From positions 1,488,001 to 1,552,000 of the forward strand of contig JAPDFW010000059.1 of assembly GCA_028826165.1 (NCBI GenBank): a stretch of 64,000 bases of DNA, in the 5' to 3' direction. Made by a program: the position numbers and the translations under genes. Numbering within the stretch: position 1 is the stretch's first letter; the number at the start of each line of letters is the position of its first letter. The notes under the pieces are model-generated. The model was not told where the DNA came from. It saw only the letters and a list, made by a program, of their open reading frames with translations, and did not search any database. This DNA comes from Anaeramoeba ignava BMAN (Eukaryota > Protista > Anaeramoebae). Of the stretch, positions 21,927-34,830 are shown one piece after another.

Positions 21927-24900
21927 ATGACTTCCAAAAATCTTGATGAATTATTTTATACATGGATTTCAGAATTAATAAAAGAAAATGTTTCTTCAGA
22001 AACTCCTCGTAAAGATTTAATTAGGTTACTTTGTTTATGCATTAATAAAATATCCCCAGAAAATCTTTCTAAAAATAATATTACAAAGTAATTAAAATTT
22101 CTTTCTTTCTTTCTTATTTTTTAAGATTTTAACCCCTTTTTTCCAATTAAATATTGAATTGAATATTGAATTAAATATTGAATTGAATATTGAATTGAAT
22201 ATTGAATATTAAATTGAATATTGAATTGAATTGAATATTGAATTGAATTGAATTGAATATTAAATTGAATATTGAATATTAAATTGAATATTGAATATTG
22301 AATTGAATATTGAATTGAATATTGAATTAAATTAAATATTGAATTGAATATTGAATATTGAATTGAATTGAAATTGAATATTGAATTGAATATTGAATTG
22401 AATATTGAATATTGAATTGAATATTGAATTGAATGAAATTGAATTGAATGAATATTGAAATTTGAATATTGTATTGAATATTGAATTGAAAATATTGAAT
22501 TAAAATTGAATGAAATAAATTAAATGGAATATTGGGTAAATTGAAATTGGAATTGGAATTGAGTTGGAATTGAATTGAATTGAATAATTGAATTGGAATT
22601 GAAATTGAAATGAATCAAATTGAATTGAATAAAATTGAATTGAAATTGGATCGAATTGAATGAATTGAATATTGAATGGAATTGAAATTGAAATTGAAAT
22701 TGAATGGAATTGAAATTGGAATGAATCAAAAATTGAATTAAATATTGGAAATGAAAATTGAATATTGAAATTGAAGTGAAATTGAAAATTGAATGAATAT
22801 TGAATATTGAATATTGAATATTGAATTAAATTGAAATTGAATTGAATTGAATGAAATATTGAATTGAAATTGAATTGAATTGAATATTGAATTGAATATT
22901 AAAATTGAAATTGAATTGAAATGAAATTGAATTGAAATTGAATATTAAATTGAATATTGAATTAAATATTGAATTGAATATTAAATTGAATATTGAATTG
23001 AATTGAATATTGAATTGAATATTGAATATTAAATTGAATATTGAATTAAATATTGAATTAAATATTCAATATTGAATTGAATATTGAATATTGAATTAAA
23101 TTTGAATTGAATTAAAATTGAATTGAATTAAAATTTAATATTTTAAAAAACAAAACAGTGATCTTCAAGAAAATATTCAGTTATTGAATCAAGCAGCAGA
23201 AAATTTAGGGATTACAAAAGATGATCATCTTACCTTGGAGATACTTAATTCTGATGAATTTTTAGTTACATTAATCCCGTTAATTTGGCCTTTTGCCCAT
23301 ATAGCAAATAAAAAAGATAATTTCCCAAAATTACTTATTTATTCAAATGATAGTGATGACAGCAGTGATAATAGCGATATTAGTGATAGTGACAATAATG
23401 AAAACAATAATGAAAACAATAATGAAAACAATAATGAAAACAATAATGAAAACAATAATGAAAACAATAATGAAAACAATAATGAAAACAATAATGAAGA
23501 CAATAATGAAAACAATAATGAAAACAACAATAATAATAACAATAATATTAATAAATCTAAATCTAAATCTAAATCTAAATCTAAATCTAAATCTAAATCT
23601 AAATCAAAATCTAAATCAAAATCAAAATCAAAAGAAGAATCTAAATCTAAATCTAAATCTAAATCTAAATCTAAATCTAAATCTAAATCTAAATCTAAAT
23701 CAAAATCAAAATCTAAATCTAAATCTAAATCTAAATCCAAATCTAAATCTATATCTAAATCAGAACCAGAATCAACAACAGAGTCATCAGAATCTCAATC
23801 AAAATCAAAATCAAAAAGAATAATTCAAAACCAAAAACCACATTCAGAATCCTCCGAAGAATCAAAATCAAAATCAAAAGAAGAATCAAAATCTAAATCT
23901 AAATCAAAATCTAAATCAAAATCAAAATCTAAATCAAAAGAAGAATCTAAATCAAAAGAAGAATCTAAATCAAATCTAAAGAAAATCAAAATCAAAATCA
24001 AAATCAAAATCAAAAGAAGAATCTAAATCAAAATCTAAATCTAAATCTAAATCTAAATCAAAATCTAAATCTAAATCTAAATCAAAAGAAGAATCTAAAT
24101 CAAAAGAAGAATCTAAATCAAAATCTAAATCTAAATCTAAATCTAAATCAAAATCAAAAGAAGAATCTAAATCTAAATCAAAATCTAAATCTAAATCAAA
24201 ATCAAAATCAAAAGAAGAATCTAAATCTAAATCTAAATCAAAATCTAAATCAAAATCAAAATCAAAAGAAGAATCTAAATCTAAATCTAAATCTAAATCT
24301 GAATCTAAATCTAAATCAAAAGAAGAATCTAAATCTAAATCAAAATCTAAATCTAAATCTAAATCTAAATCTAAATCTAAATCTAAATCAAAAGAAGAAT
24401 CTAAATCTAAATCAAAATCAAAAGAAGAATCTAAATCTAAATCTAAATCAAAATCTAAATCTAAATCTAAATCTAAATCTAAATCTAAATCAAAATCTAA
24501 ATCTAAATCTAAATCTGAATCTAAATCAAAATCAAAATCTAAATCAAAATCAAAATCAAAATCAAAATCAAATTCAAATTCAAATTCAAATTCAAAATCA
24601 AAATCAAAATTCAAATTCAAATTCAAATTCAAAATCAGAATCAGAATTAGATACAGAATTAGATTTAGAAACGAATCAAAATAACGAAAATCAAATAATC
24701 GATAAGTCTAAAGACACAGAAACTCCAAACAATGAAAATCAAGAAAATGAAAATGAAAATCAAAATCAAAATCAAAATGAAAATGAAAATGAAAATGAAA
24801 ATGAAAATGAAAATGAAAAAGAAGAAAAACAAGTTACTATAAATTCTATATTCGATCTTCAAGTAGAAATATCAACACAAGAAGATGATTGGAAAGAAGA

Positions 24901-27900
24901 TGATGATGATCTGAATGATATCATTTCAACAAAAAAGAAAGTGGAAGAAGAAAGAAACCGAAAATTAGAAAGACTGAAAACACAACCAACAACAATAATA
25001 CCAAAAGGCACAAACATAAAAATCAATATCAACAAAGATATCGAAATTGAAACAACAGAATCGCCTCCAACAGAAAAACCACACACAAAAGTTGGATATT
25101 TTGGATTGGAAGAGGAATTCAATGAACTTGTTAAGGTTGTTCAAAGGAATTTTGCTCACAGTCACGCATCATTTAACGTTTTCATCATCCAGAATATTAA
25201 TCTCACACACATTCCGGCAACACTAACACTCAAACCAACACAATATAAAATATCAACACCTCCTCACAGCACGTTTAAAGAAGCCTATTTTGCCAAAAAC
25301 CTTGTTAATATCGAACGTATCCAAACAAACAAACAATTTCTTCTCAAAATCCACATCAACGAACAGTTTTATTTAATCATCGAATCACTTTCGCATCAAG
25401 AAGAATTCATAATTATGAAAACGTTCCAAATGTTTCAATATTATGGAATCACTGACTCAAAGATGACAATCGACGGCATGATTATTGGATCTGAGAACGA
25501 AATTGATTCCATAATTCTGCGAAATATTATCAATGGACTTGTTGAGTTTGAAGTTGATTTCAGCTATCTCAACAACCCAACCAAGTCTGCAATTCTGCGC
25601 GCAGAAAAGGGGAAAGTGACTATTGTGCCTTATGATCAAGAAGAACTGTTTGTTTTTACGTTGAAAGAAAAAGAGACAAAATTTTGGATCGAAAGAACTC
25701 ATAAGCTAAGTTTCAGAATTGAGAACAAGAAAAGGTGCGTCGCGAATTGTTACTATCATCTGCAAAACACAGCAGCAACAGGAAGTTGTGCTTAAGACAC
25801 TATTTAACTTCATTCATCTTGGAAAGGGACTTGAATTCGGATCGGACATTTTTGAGGATGATGATGGTTATGATGATTTTGATTACTTTCACAGACATGA
25901 TTCACTGGCTATCAAACGTTCGGAGCCGAAAAACATTGAGAATGAGGTGAAATCCCAGTTGATTGAAGAGCTTAAGCGTGGAGTTATAATATCGAATGTG
26001 CCGAATGTTTCTGGAAATCAAAATCAAAATCAAATTGAAAATCAAATTCAAATTGAAAATGAAAATGAAAATGAAAATGAAAATGAAAATGAAAATCAAA
26101 TTGAAATTGAAATTGAAATTGAAAATGCGAATCAAATTGAAAGTGAAAATGAAAATCAAAGTGAAAATCAAATTGAAAGTGAAAATCAAAATCAAAATCA
26201 AAATCAATTGAGGATTCATCGCACAAAAACATATGTAAGTGGAGGAGAAAATATTGTCAATTCATACGATCCAGAGCCACTTTATGTAATCAAGCAAAGT
26301 CCGCACACAAAAAAACAGCTTCGAGAATTTCTAGCTCATTATTATTTTTTCACACAGTTTTCTGAACAAGGCGAACCGCTCCTTATTCAAGATATTCCGC
26401 ATTCACCAATTTCAGACAACTCACGAATCAAATCACATGTGATAGAATTTGTTCACATGGAACAAAAAAGAATCATCAGTAGCAAACTAATCACTCATTT
26501 GCGGGATCGCCGCGCAAAATTCTTTGTGAGAATTCACGGAATAAAAACATATTTTGGAAGCATAAAACTCAATGTTGAGGATATCAAGATCAAACTGGGT
26601 CTGAAAAAAAACGAGTTGAAAAGCTTCACTAAGCTTTCATACAGCAATGAACAGAAGATATATCTGCATATTCTCGAGCCCGATAAGATGGTTCTTCAGC
26701 TGAATCCCGCAATTCGATTGACAATCTCGATGAAAAATGCGCTTGAAAGAGATGTTTTTGTGAATACTTATTTAATTTTTGCAAATTTCGATCTTTTCCA
26801 AGAAATCACCTCTTCAGAAAGTTTGTACGATACAGACTTCGTCTTTGCCATCACGCCAATGAAAAAAATCCAGAAAGTTCCCGAACAACAATATGATCCA
26901 CTTGAGAGCATATTCCAGTTCAATCCCAATGAATATACAGAAGAAAGCGAAAATACAGTAATAGACGATCCAAAAAAATTGTTATCATCGCAGTTCGATC
27001 ACGAAACCGAGTTCTACAGCAAGCACATTACGCGATACGAGGTGCTTGTGTACAACTCCTTTGATCGCTATGCGATGAATGCGGATATTGTTTTGAATAT
27101 CAACTATTTTTCTGTCAAGATCCGAGAACTAACCATTACCCGGAGATACAGTCCGTATTCAATGCTCATATTCGAGAACTCTCGCACGTTGAAATGCCGC
27201 TTCAATCTTGACGAGAAGATCTTCATCGTGCTGCATTTCGCAACTTTCGAAGCGCGAGTGGGGTTCTCCTTGGATTTTGAGAAGAAGCGAAAGGAATCAA
27301 CAACTGTGATGAATTTGTGGAATGAAGGCGAATCAAGAAAAGCATCTATTGAGTGCTTGATTTCAGCACAAGGAGAGTATATAGAAGGAAAGATCACGTT
27401 ATGCCGAGGATATTTCCGCATTGGATACAACTACATTCACCCTTATTTGATGCCCGGGTTTGATCAAGAAGAAATGATGACACAGGATTTTCTTAATGAA
27501 AATAACGATAATAGCAAAAATCAATCACAGATCAATAACGAGATGTCCCAGAACCAAACATACCCACGCAATCTGACAATAGAATACTCGACAAAGACAA
27601 AGGTCAAGATCAACAGGAAAATAAGCAGCGTTGTTCATCTTAAATTAGGATTTCCTTATATTGTCTTCTTGAAATTCAAAAGCGAACAAGAAGCACTTGA
27701 TTTCAAAACAATTTTCACAAGAAACAAGAACGAGTTTCTTTCGTTTACCACACAAGAGCACAAGCTTCTCACCACACTGCAAAAGACCCCTAACGAGTTC
27801 CAAGCTCTGGTTTCAATTGATAACTCAGATTTAGGATCTTCGCGTATTTTTGTGACTAATAATTTTCTTGTCATTTTGACAAGCACAAATGAATATTCGC

Positions 27901-30900
27901 GATATCAGATCCATTTGCTTGAAATGCTCACTCAACCTCCCCAAAGCATCGTTGAAAACCCAAGATCAATCATCAGAACAGTCTGGTTTCTGTTCCATTT
28001 CTCAAGAAAAAACTCAATGGAAATTGCAATTACATTCAAAGACAGTTCGCTCAAAAGAATGTTTCTAAACTCAATAGAAAAATACAATTTGCGGAAGAAT
28101 TTCCAACAGAACTTTATTGAGAAACCGCCTGAGGAACCCGACACGCTTTATTACATTGATTTCTATCTTGCAAACAAAAGATTTTTATCAGAAGGAACTC
28201 TTGAGCTTCTCGATAATCAAGTGGAAATCATCTTTGTGCCGAAAAGAGAGCTTGCTCCGCTCAGATATTCGTTCACAGAATTCGAGATCAGTAACATCAA
28301 CCAGTATCCAAATGTTTTGGAAGTCAAAATCGAAAAGGAAGATATTCATCTTCATTTTGAAAACGAAGAGAAAAAAAACACATTTGTTCGGTTTGTATCG
28401 CAAAAACCGCTCAAAATATCGCAAGCTTCATCCAACAAAGTCCCGAATCATTGAGTTCGGTGTAAGTCAGCCAGGAATTACTGATCAAGAAACTGATATC
28501 GGAACAAATATCACAACAGGTTTTGAACGACAAATCAAACAAGCAATTTCCGAAACTGACAAAGATGACCGCAAAGTAAATTCAGATGTCCAAAGCGACA
28601 AAGACAATCTCCCTCTCCAATCTAAAGATTCCGCAAAAGATATCGTCCAAATCCCTGACCCTCAATTGCCCTACTTCGAATTCTCTTTGAATATCATCGA
28701 TAAGAAATCAAACTCCTCCACATCACAGCCTTTCACAATCAAAGTCTTCGGCATAAGACTCATCGCAACAATCGTCGAATCAGGCATCTCGCAGGAATGG
28801 ATTATCGACGCAAATGCTTCTTTTATTATCCCAGAAAACACAAGAAAAACAGTCGAAATATTTCTTCCAAAAAACCATTTCGAATTGATTTTCTTCCAAT
28901 CAAAAGATCTCAGGAAATTCGTCGCTTTGTTCCAAATCATCAAACACACAAATTCTGTTTCTGGATACCGTGTTCTGTATATCACCACCGATGAGCGATT
29001 TAGTGCATTCATTGAGCCAGGAACATCAAATATTTTCTGTTCAATCGAGCCTTCAACTGAAAAGAAAATTTCGTATAAAAATTTAATGGTTGATCTTTCT
29101 CCTCACGAAAAAAACGTGATTGTCTTTGTTGATCAAAAAGAAAACCAGATCTTGTTCAAAGTTCAATGTTTATCTGAGCAGGATGCTGATGATATTATGC
29201 TCAAATGCCTCTATTTTAAGCATCTTAAATATCCAAGTCTCTTTTCTTCTATTCCCGATCCCAGATTATATGGCGATCTCGCTGACAAGAAACAACCTCC
29301 CCTTGACAAAAGAGATCATCCTGATCTTAGTGATGATGAATATTCAGACGAAAGCGATATGTATGGTGATGACAACGAGAACATCGAGCAAAAAGAAAAA
29401 TCTCCTCTAACGTTTTTTGAAATCCAAAATAATTTTACTTTTGATTTGGTTGACTTCACTAAAATTGATAATGATGAACTTCAATCAATCGAAATTGTTG
29501 ATACTCATCAATTCGAAATTGTGCTGTTCACTCCACATCAAACACTGGATTCCATTCTCCAATTCGAACCCAAATTGCTCACTATTACTCTTCAAAAACT
29601 TCCTTTTCCTTCTTTTTCTCGTCCCTATTCAAAGCATATTATCTTATATTCTGATTCTCAAAATGAAACTTACAAACTTTCTTTTGATCCCAAATTCAAA
29701 CGTGAATTTATTTTCAATCTCAAAAATTCTTCCGAAAAAGATCAATTTCTTCGACTTTTCTCGTTTTTCGTTTCTGATCTTGAACCAAAAAAACAAGATG
29801 ATTTTGATCTACAAGCAGAATCCGAATCTTCTGATGATTCAATTATAGAGGAAAAATCTAAAGAGATTGAAAAACCTCAAAATGAAATTAATCTATTATC
29901 TGATAATGACCAAGAACCAATTGATCAAAAATCTATTAAAAGTGAATCATCTGAAAATGAAGATGAACAAAAAATTGAAAATGAAAATGAAATTAAAGAT
30001 GAAAATGAAATTAAAGATGAACAAAAAATTGAAAATGAACAAAAAATTAAAAATGAAAATAAAATTAAAGATGAAAATAAAATTAAAGATGAAATCAAAG
30101 ATGAAAATAAAATTAAAGATGAAAATGAAATCAAAGATGAAAATGAAATTAAAGATGAAATACAAATTTCTGATAATAATATAAAATCATCAGATGATAA
30201 TCAATCAACAGACAGAATGAATTCCCAAAAAAATTCACAAGATCAAACAACTAATGAAAACAGTGCATTCAATTTATTGAATAAAATTGATTTTAATAAG
30301 GAAATTAAAGACCAAAGTGAAATGTATTCACATGAAAATACATCAAGTGATATTGATACAACAACTGCAGTTGAATCAAATCAAGAAATGGATCAACAAA
30401 TTGATGCAGATAAAGAAACAACAGAAAAAGAAACAAATGAACAAATATTGGAAAATGAAAATCAAAAAGAAACAACAGAAGATTTAGATGAAAAAGAAAA
30501 AGAAAAAGAAACAAATGAAAAAATATTGGAAAATGAAAATGAAAATGAAAAAGAAAAGAAACAAATGAAAAAATATTGGAAAATGAAAATGAAAATGAAA
30601 ATGAAAATGAAAATGAAAAAGAAAAAGAAACATTACAAGATTCAGATGAAAATGAAACAGAAACATTACAAGATTCAGATGAAAATGAAACAGAAACATT
30701 ACAAGATTCAAATGAAAAAGAAACAGAAACACCACAAGATTCAAATGAAAATAATGAAAATATTCAAAATGAAAAACCGGAATTAAAAGAAACATTCGAA
30801 GTCAAATTTGTTACTCATTCAAAAAAACTTAAACCAGGAAAAATTGAATTGAACTCAAAAAATCTTCTTTGTTTCATTCAAGAAAAACAAGTTGCAAACT

Positions 30901-31328
30901 TTAGCATGTCGGATCTTTCACTAAAACTTCGAGTATCAAAAAACAAGAAAGTGATCCAAATTCGAAATCAAAATGAAGAAGTAAATATTGTTTTTCCAGA
31001 TGAAAAAATTCAGAACGAATTTATTGATCTTTTCAAATCAACTCAACAACTTCCATATAGAGTAGTTGTTTTGCAAAGTTTTCTTCCTCAAATATCACAA
31101 ATAGTCTCAATAACAATTAAAGAAAAAGAATTACAAATATCAACAAATGAACAAATTTTTTCTTTTACTTTGAATTCAAATTCAAAAGTAATGGTTACTA
31201 AAAAGAGTGAATTAGTTGCAAAAGTTTCAATAACTGATGATAAGTCATTTATTTTCCGTTTTTCTTCTGAAAGTTTCAGAGAAAAATTTGCTATTGAATT
31301 CATCACTTCAACAAAATATTCAGATTAA
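21927..31328 (+). CDS. Giant (~2700 aa) protein: N-terminal calponin-homology-like domain, SK/NE low-complexity region, many tandem PH-like modules; broken by ~5 frameshifts in this assembly
   Basis: Exon 1 is 21927-22087 (WISELIK..LLCLCINKISP), the intron is 22088-23158, and exon 2 begins ENIQLLNQAAENLGI (CH-like). Overlapping ORFs at 23184, 24941, 25719, 28117 and 30576 abut with no intergenic or intron-like sequence. Frame changes occur near 23975, 24610, 25730, 28440 and 30555. Confidence 0.62.
22150..23135 (+). repeat. (ATTGA/ATTGAAT)n intronic microsatellite
   Basis: About 1 kb array within intron 1 of the CH-PH gene. Confidence 0.93.
23395..24632 (+). repeat. Coding low-complexity repeats (NNEN)n then (SK)n with EE interruptions
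   Basis: (AACAATAATGAA)n followed by (TCTAAA/TCAAAA)n with periodic GAAGAA. No GT-AG boundaries flank it. Confidence 0.8.
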
Positions 31329-31477
31329 TTAATTAATTAATTTTTTTTTTTTCATTTTTTTCATTTTTCATTTTTTTCTTTTCCAAATTTTTTTTATCCT
31401 TTTTTTTGAAGAAAGAAATTTACTAAACAAACAAAAACAAAAACAAAAAAAAATTTTTTTTTTTAATCTTTTTTAAA

Positions 31478-34400
31478 ATGGAAGAATTTAACGAAATTTT
31501 AAATAATCAATTATCTTTATCAGAAATAAAACAAAATATTGTTTCAAAAACATTAAAAAATTCCAAAATAAGAAGTTTTATATGGAGTTTATTATTTGGA
31601 TGTTTTGGAGAAAATCCATCAAAAACAATTTTAAATGAAACTCTTCAAAATTCAAGAAAAAGATATGAAAATATTCGACAAAAATATTTAATAAATCAAG
31701 AAATTCCGAATTCAGAACAAAATTTTAGCAACAAAAAAACTCCAAAAATAACTGATTTAAGAAAAATTATTGTTTTGGATGTTTCAAGAACTTTACCTGG
31801 AAATGAATTTTTTGCTCAGAAACAAATTAGACAAAATATGGAAAATATTTTGATTCTTTATATTTATGAACATCAAATTAATCAAGGATATAAACAAGGA
31901 ATGCATGAACTTCTTGCTCCTATTATTTATGTTTATTCTCAAGATCTTGAAATTTCAATTAATGAAAAAATCGAAAATAAGTAAACAACAAAATTCATTT
32001 TAAATTAAAATTGAAATTAAAATTATAATTATAATTAAAATTAAAATTATAATTAAAATTAAAATTAAAATTAAAATTAAAATTAAAATTAAAATTAAAA
32101 TATAAAATTAAAATTAAAATTAAAATTAAAATTAAAATTTAAAATTAAAATTCAAAATTAAAATGAAAATTAAATTTAAATTAAAATTCATTTATAAAAT
32201 TAAAATAAAAAAATTTATAAAATTAAAATTAAAAATCAGTAAAATTAAAATTAAAATTAAAATTAAAATTAAAATTAAAATTAAAATTAAAATTAAAATT
32301 AAAATTAAAATTAAAATTAAAATTAAAATTAAAATTAAAATTAAAATTAAAATTAAAATTATAATTAAAATCGGATAAAAAATTAAAATTAAAGAAATAA
32401 CTTAGAAAATTCACAAGAATACTTCCTTTTTTTCGATACAAATTTTTTTGAACACACTTGTTTTCTAATTTTCGAAAAATTGATGAGAATAGCATCAAAA
32501 TTATTTATTAATCAACAACAACCATATTATAATCCACTTGCTATTTCTGTTAGTGATGAACTTGTCAAAAATAAATTCAAAAAAGATAAATCAGATATTG
32601 AAAGAAAAATGAAGAAAATTCAAAATATTTTACTTCGTTCTAAAGATCAAAAGCTTTTTAATCATTTAGATTTTTGGAAAATTGATCCTTATGTTTATTT
32701 GCTGTAAAATCTTCAATTTTAGTTGATTTTATATAGTTTTATTTAAATCAAAAATTTTATTAATATATAATTATTTTAGTCGATGGATTAGATTGTTATT
32801 TTTCAGAGAATTTCATTTAGAAGATGTTCTTCTTATTTGGGATGCAATTTTTGCTGATGAATCTCCACTTACTTTTGTAGAATATTTTTGTGTATCAATG
32901 TTGATATTTGTTAGAGAACAAAGTAAACAAGAAGAGAATAGAATTATTTAAAATATAATTATTTAAAAAATTATTAATTATTTAAAATATAATTAATTAT
33001 TTATTTAAAATATAATTAATTATTTATTTAAAATATAATAATTATTTATTTAAAATATAATTAATTATTTAAAATATAATCAATTATTTAAAATATAATC
33101 AATTATTTAAAATATAATTATTTAAAAATATAATCAATTATTTAAAATATAATCATTTATTTAAAATATAATTAATTATTTATTTAAAATTTAATCAATT
33201 ATTTAAAATATATTTAATTAATTATTTAAAATATAATCATTTATTTAAAATATAATCAATTATTTAAAATTAATCATTTATTTAAAATTAATCTCAATAT
33301 TCAATCCAAATTATATTTGAATTTTATATTTAGTTTTGCAATTTAATGACCAAAGTTCAATACTTAAAAGATTATTGAAATATCCACCAGTTGAAGATAT
33401 TTCAATTCTTATACAATCTGCAATTAAATTAAGAAATCCTAATTATAAAATGGCAAACGATTCTCAACAAGAAATTCCAAAAAATAAAAAACAAAAAAAC
33501 AACAAAAAAAATAAGAAAAAGCAAAAACAAAAAATCCAAGAAAATTCAAAACAAAAAATATTAATAAAACAAAAAATAAATGGAGAAAATATGAATCAAT
33601 CAGAAATAATTTCTGGTAAAATTAAAAATCCAATTACTGAAGCACAAAAAAATCCAATGAAAGTATCTCATCTTTCAAAAAGAAAGCAATTAGAATTTTT
33701 AACATCTCAAATTTCAAGCATGTCTTCAATTCAAATTGAATTAGCAAAAATGTTAGATCAAACAACTGACAGAATTCAAAGTTTTATTTGGGAAAATCTT
33801 ACGTAAAATAAATATTTAATAATAATAATATTTAATAATAATATTTAATAATAATATTTAATAATAATAATATTTAATAATAATAATATTTAATAATAAT
33901 AAATATTTAATAATAAATATTTAATAATAAATATTTAATAATAATATTTAATGTTTTTTTCTTTTTCTCCAAATTTTAATTTTTAGTGAAGATCAAATTC
34001 GATTAAATGATTCTATTTTTGTTGATATTGCTCGTCTTAAACAAATTAAAGATGTTTTATTTAATCGTTTAAATTTTGAATATATTTCTCAATATCCACC
34101 AAAAGAACAAAATAGAAAAGGACAAACTCGTTCATTTGTTTTAATCAATTCAGAAAGTGATAATTCTTTTGAAAAAAAAGAAGAAAATCAAAATCAAAAT
34201 CAAAATCAAAATCAAAATCAAATTCAAAATCAAATTGAAAAAAAAGAAGAAAATCAAAATCAAAATCAAAATCAAAATCAAAATCAAAATCAAAATCAAA
34301 ATCAAATTCAATTTGAAAATCAAAATCAAAATCAAAATCAAAATCAAAATCAAAATGAAAATGAAAATGAAAATCAAAATCAAAATCAAAATCAAAATCA

Positions 34401-34793
34401 AAATCAAAATCAAAATGAAAATGAAAATGAAAATGGAAATGAAATCAAATTCAAAATCAAAATCAAATTGAAAATGAAAATGAAAATGAAAATGAAAATG
34501 AAAATGAAAATGAAAATGAAAATGAAAATCAAAATCAAAATCAATTTGAAAATGAAAATGAAAATCAAAATCAAATTCAAAATCAAAATCAAATTCAAAA
34601 TGAAAATGAAAATCAAATTCAAAATGAAAATGAAAATGAAAATGAAAATCAAAATCAAAATCAAAATCAAAATCAATTTGAAATTGAAAATGAAAATCAA
34701 AATGAAAATGAAATTCAAAATCAAAATCAATTTGAAAATCAAAATCAAAATCAAATTCAAAATCAAAATCAAAATAGGTTTGAAAAGAAATAA
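31478..34793 (+). CDS. TBC1D5: TBC-domain Rab GAP, TBC1D5-like, 5 exons
   Basis: Exons 31478-31980, 32395-32703, 32780-32922, 33334-33802 and 33987-~34793. Motifs: IVLDVSRT, GYKQGMHELLAP, FEHTCFLIFEKLM, YLLRWIRLLFFREF, LLKYPPVED, IARLKQIKDVL. The stop position is approximate because of an apparent indel in the NQ tail near 34445. Confidence 0.85.
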
Positions 34794-34830
34794 AGATTTA
34801 AAAATTTTATTTGAAAAATTTTTTTCAAGT

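Noticed and set aside
25735-25800. Short intron starting at AG|GTGCGT to explain the frame change
   Set aside because: None of the nearby AG acceptors restores the downstream frame, and the segment encodes a plausible strand-helix of a PH-like unit.
24900-29400. Higher-GC stretch as a horizontally acquired island or mobile element
   Set aside because: It is continuous with flanking AT-rich coding sequence of the same gene, has no terminal repeats or transposase/RT motifs, and similar GC rises occur inside Vps53, Mps1 and DPD.
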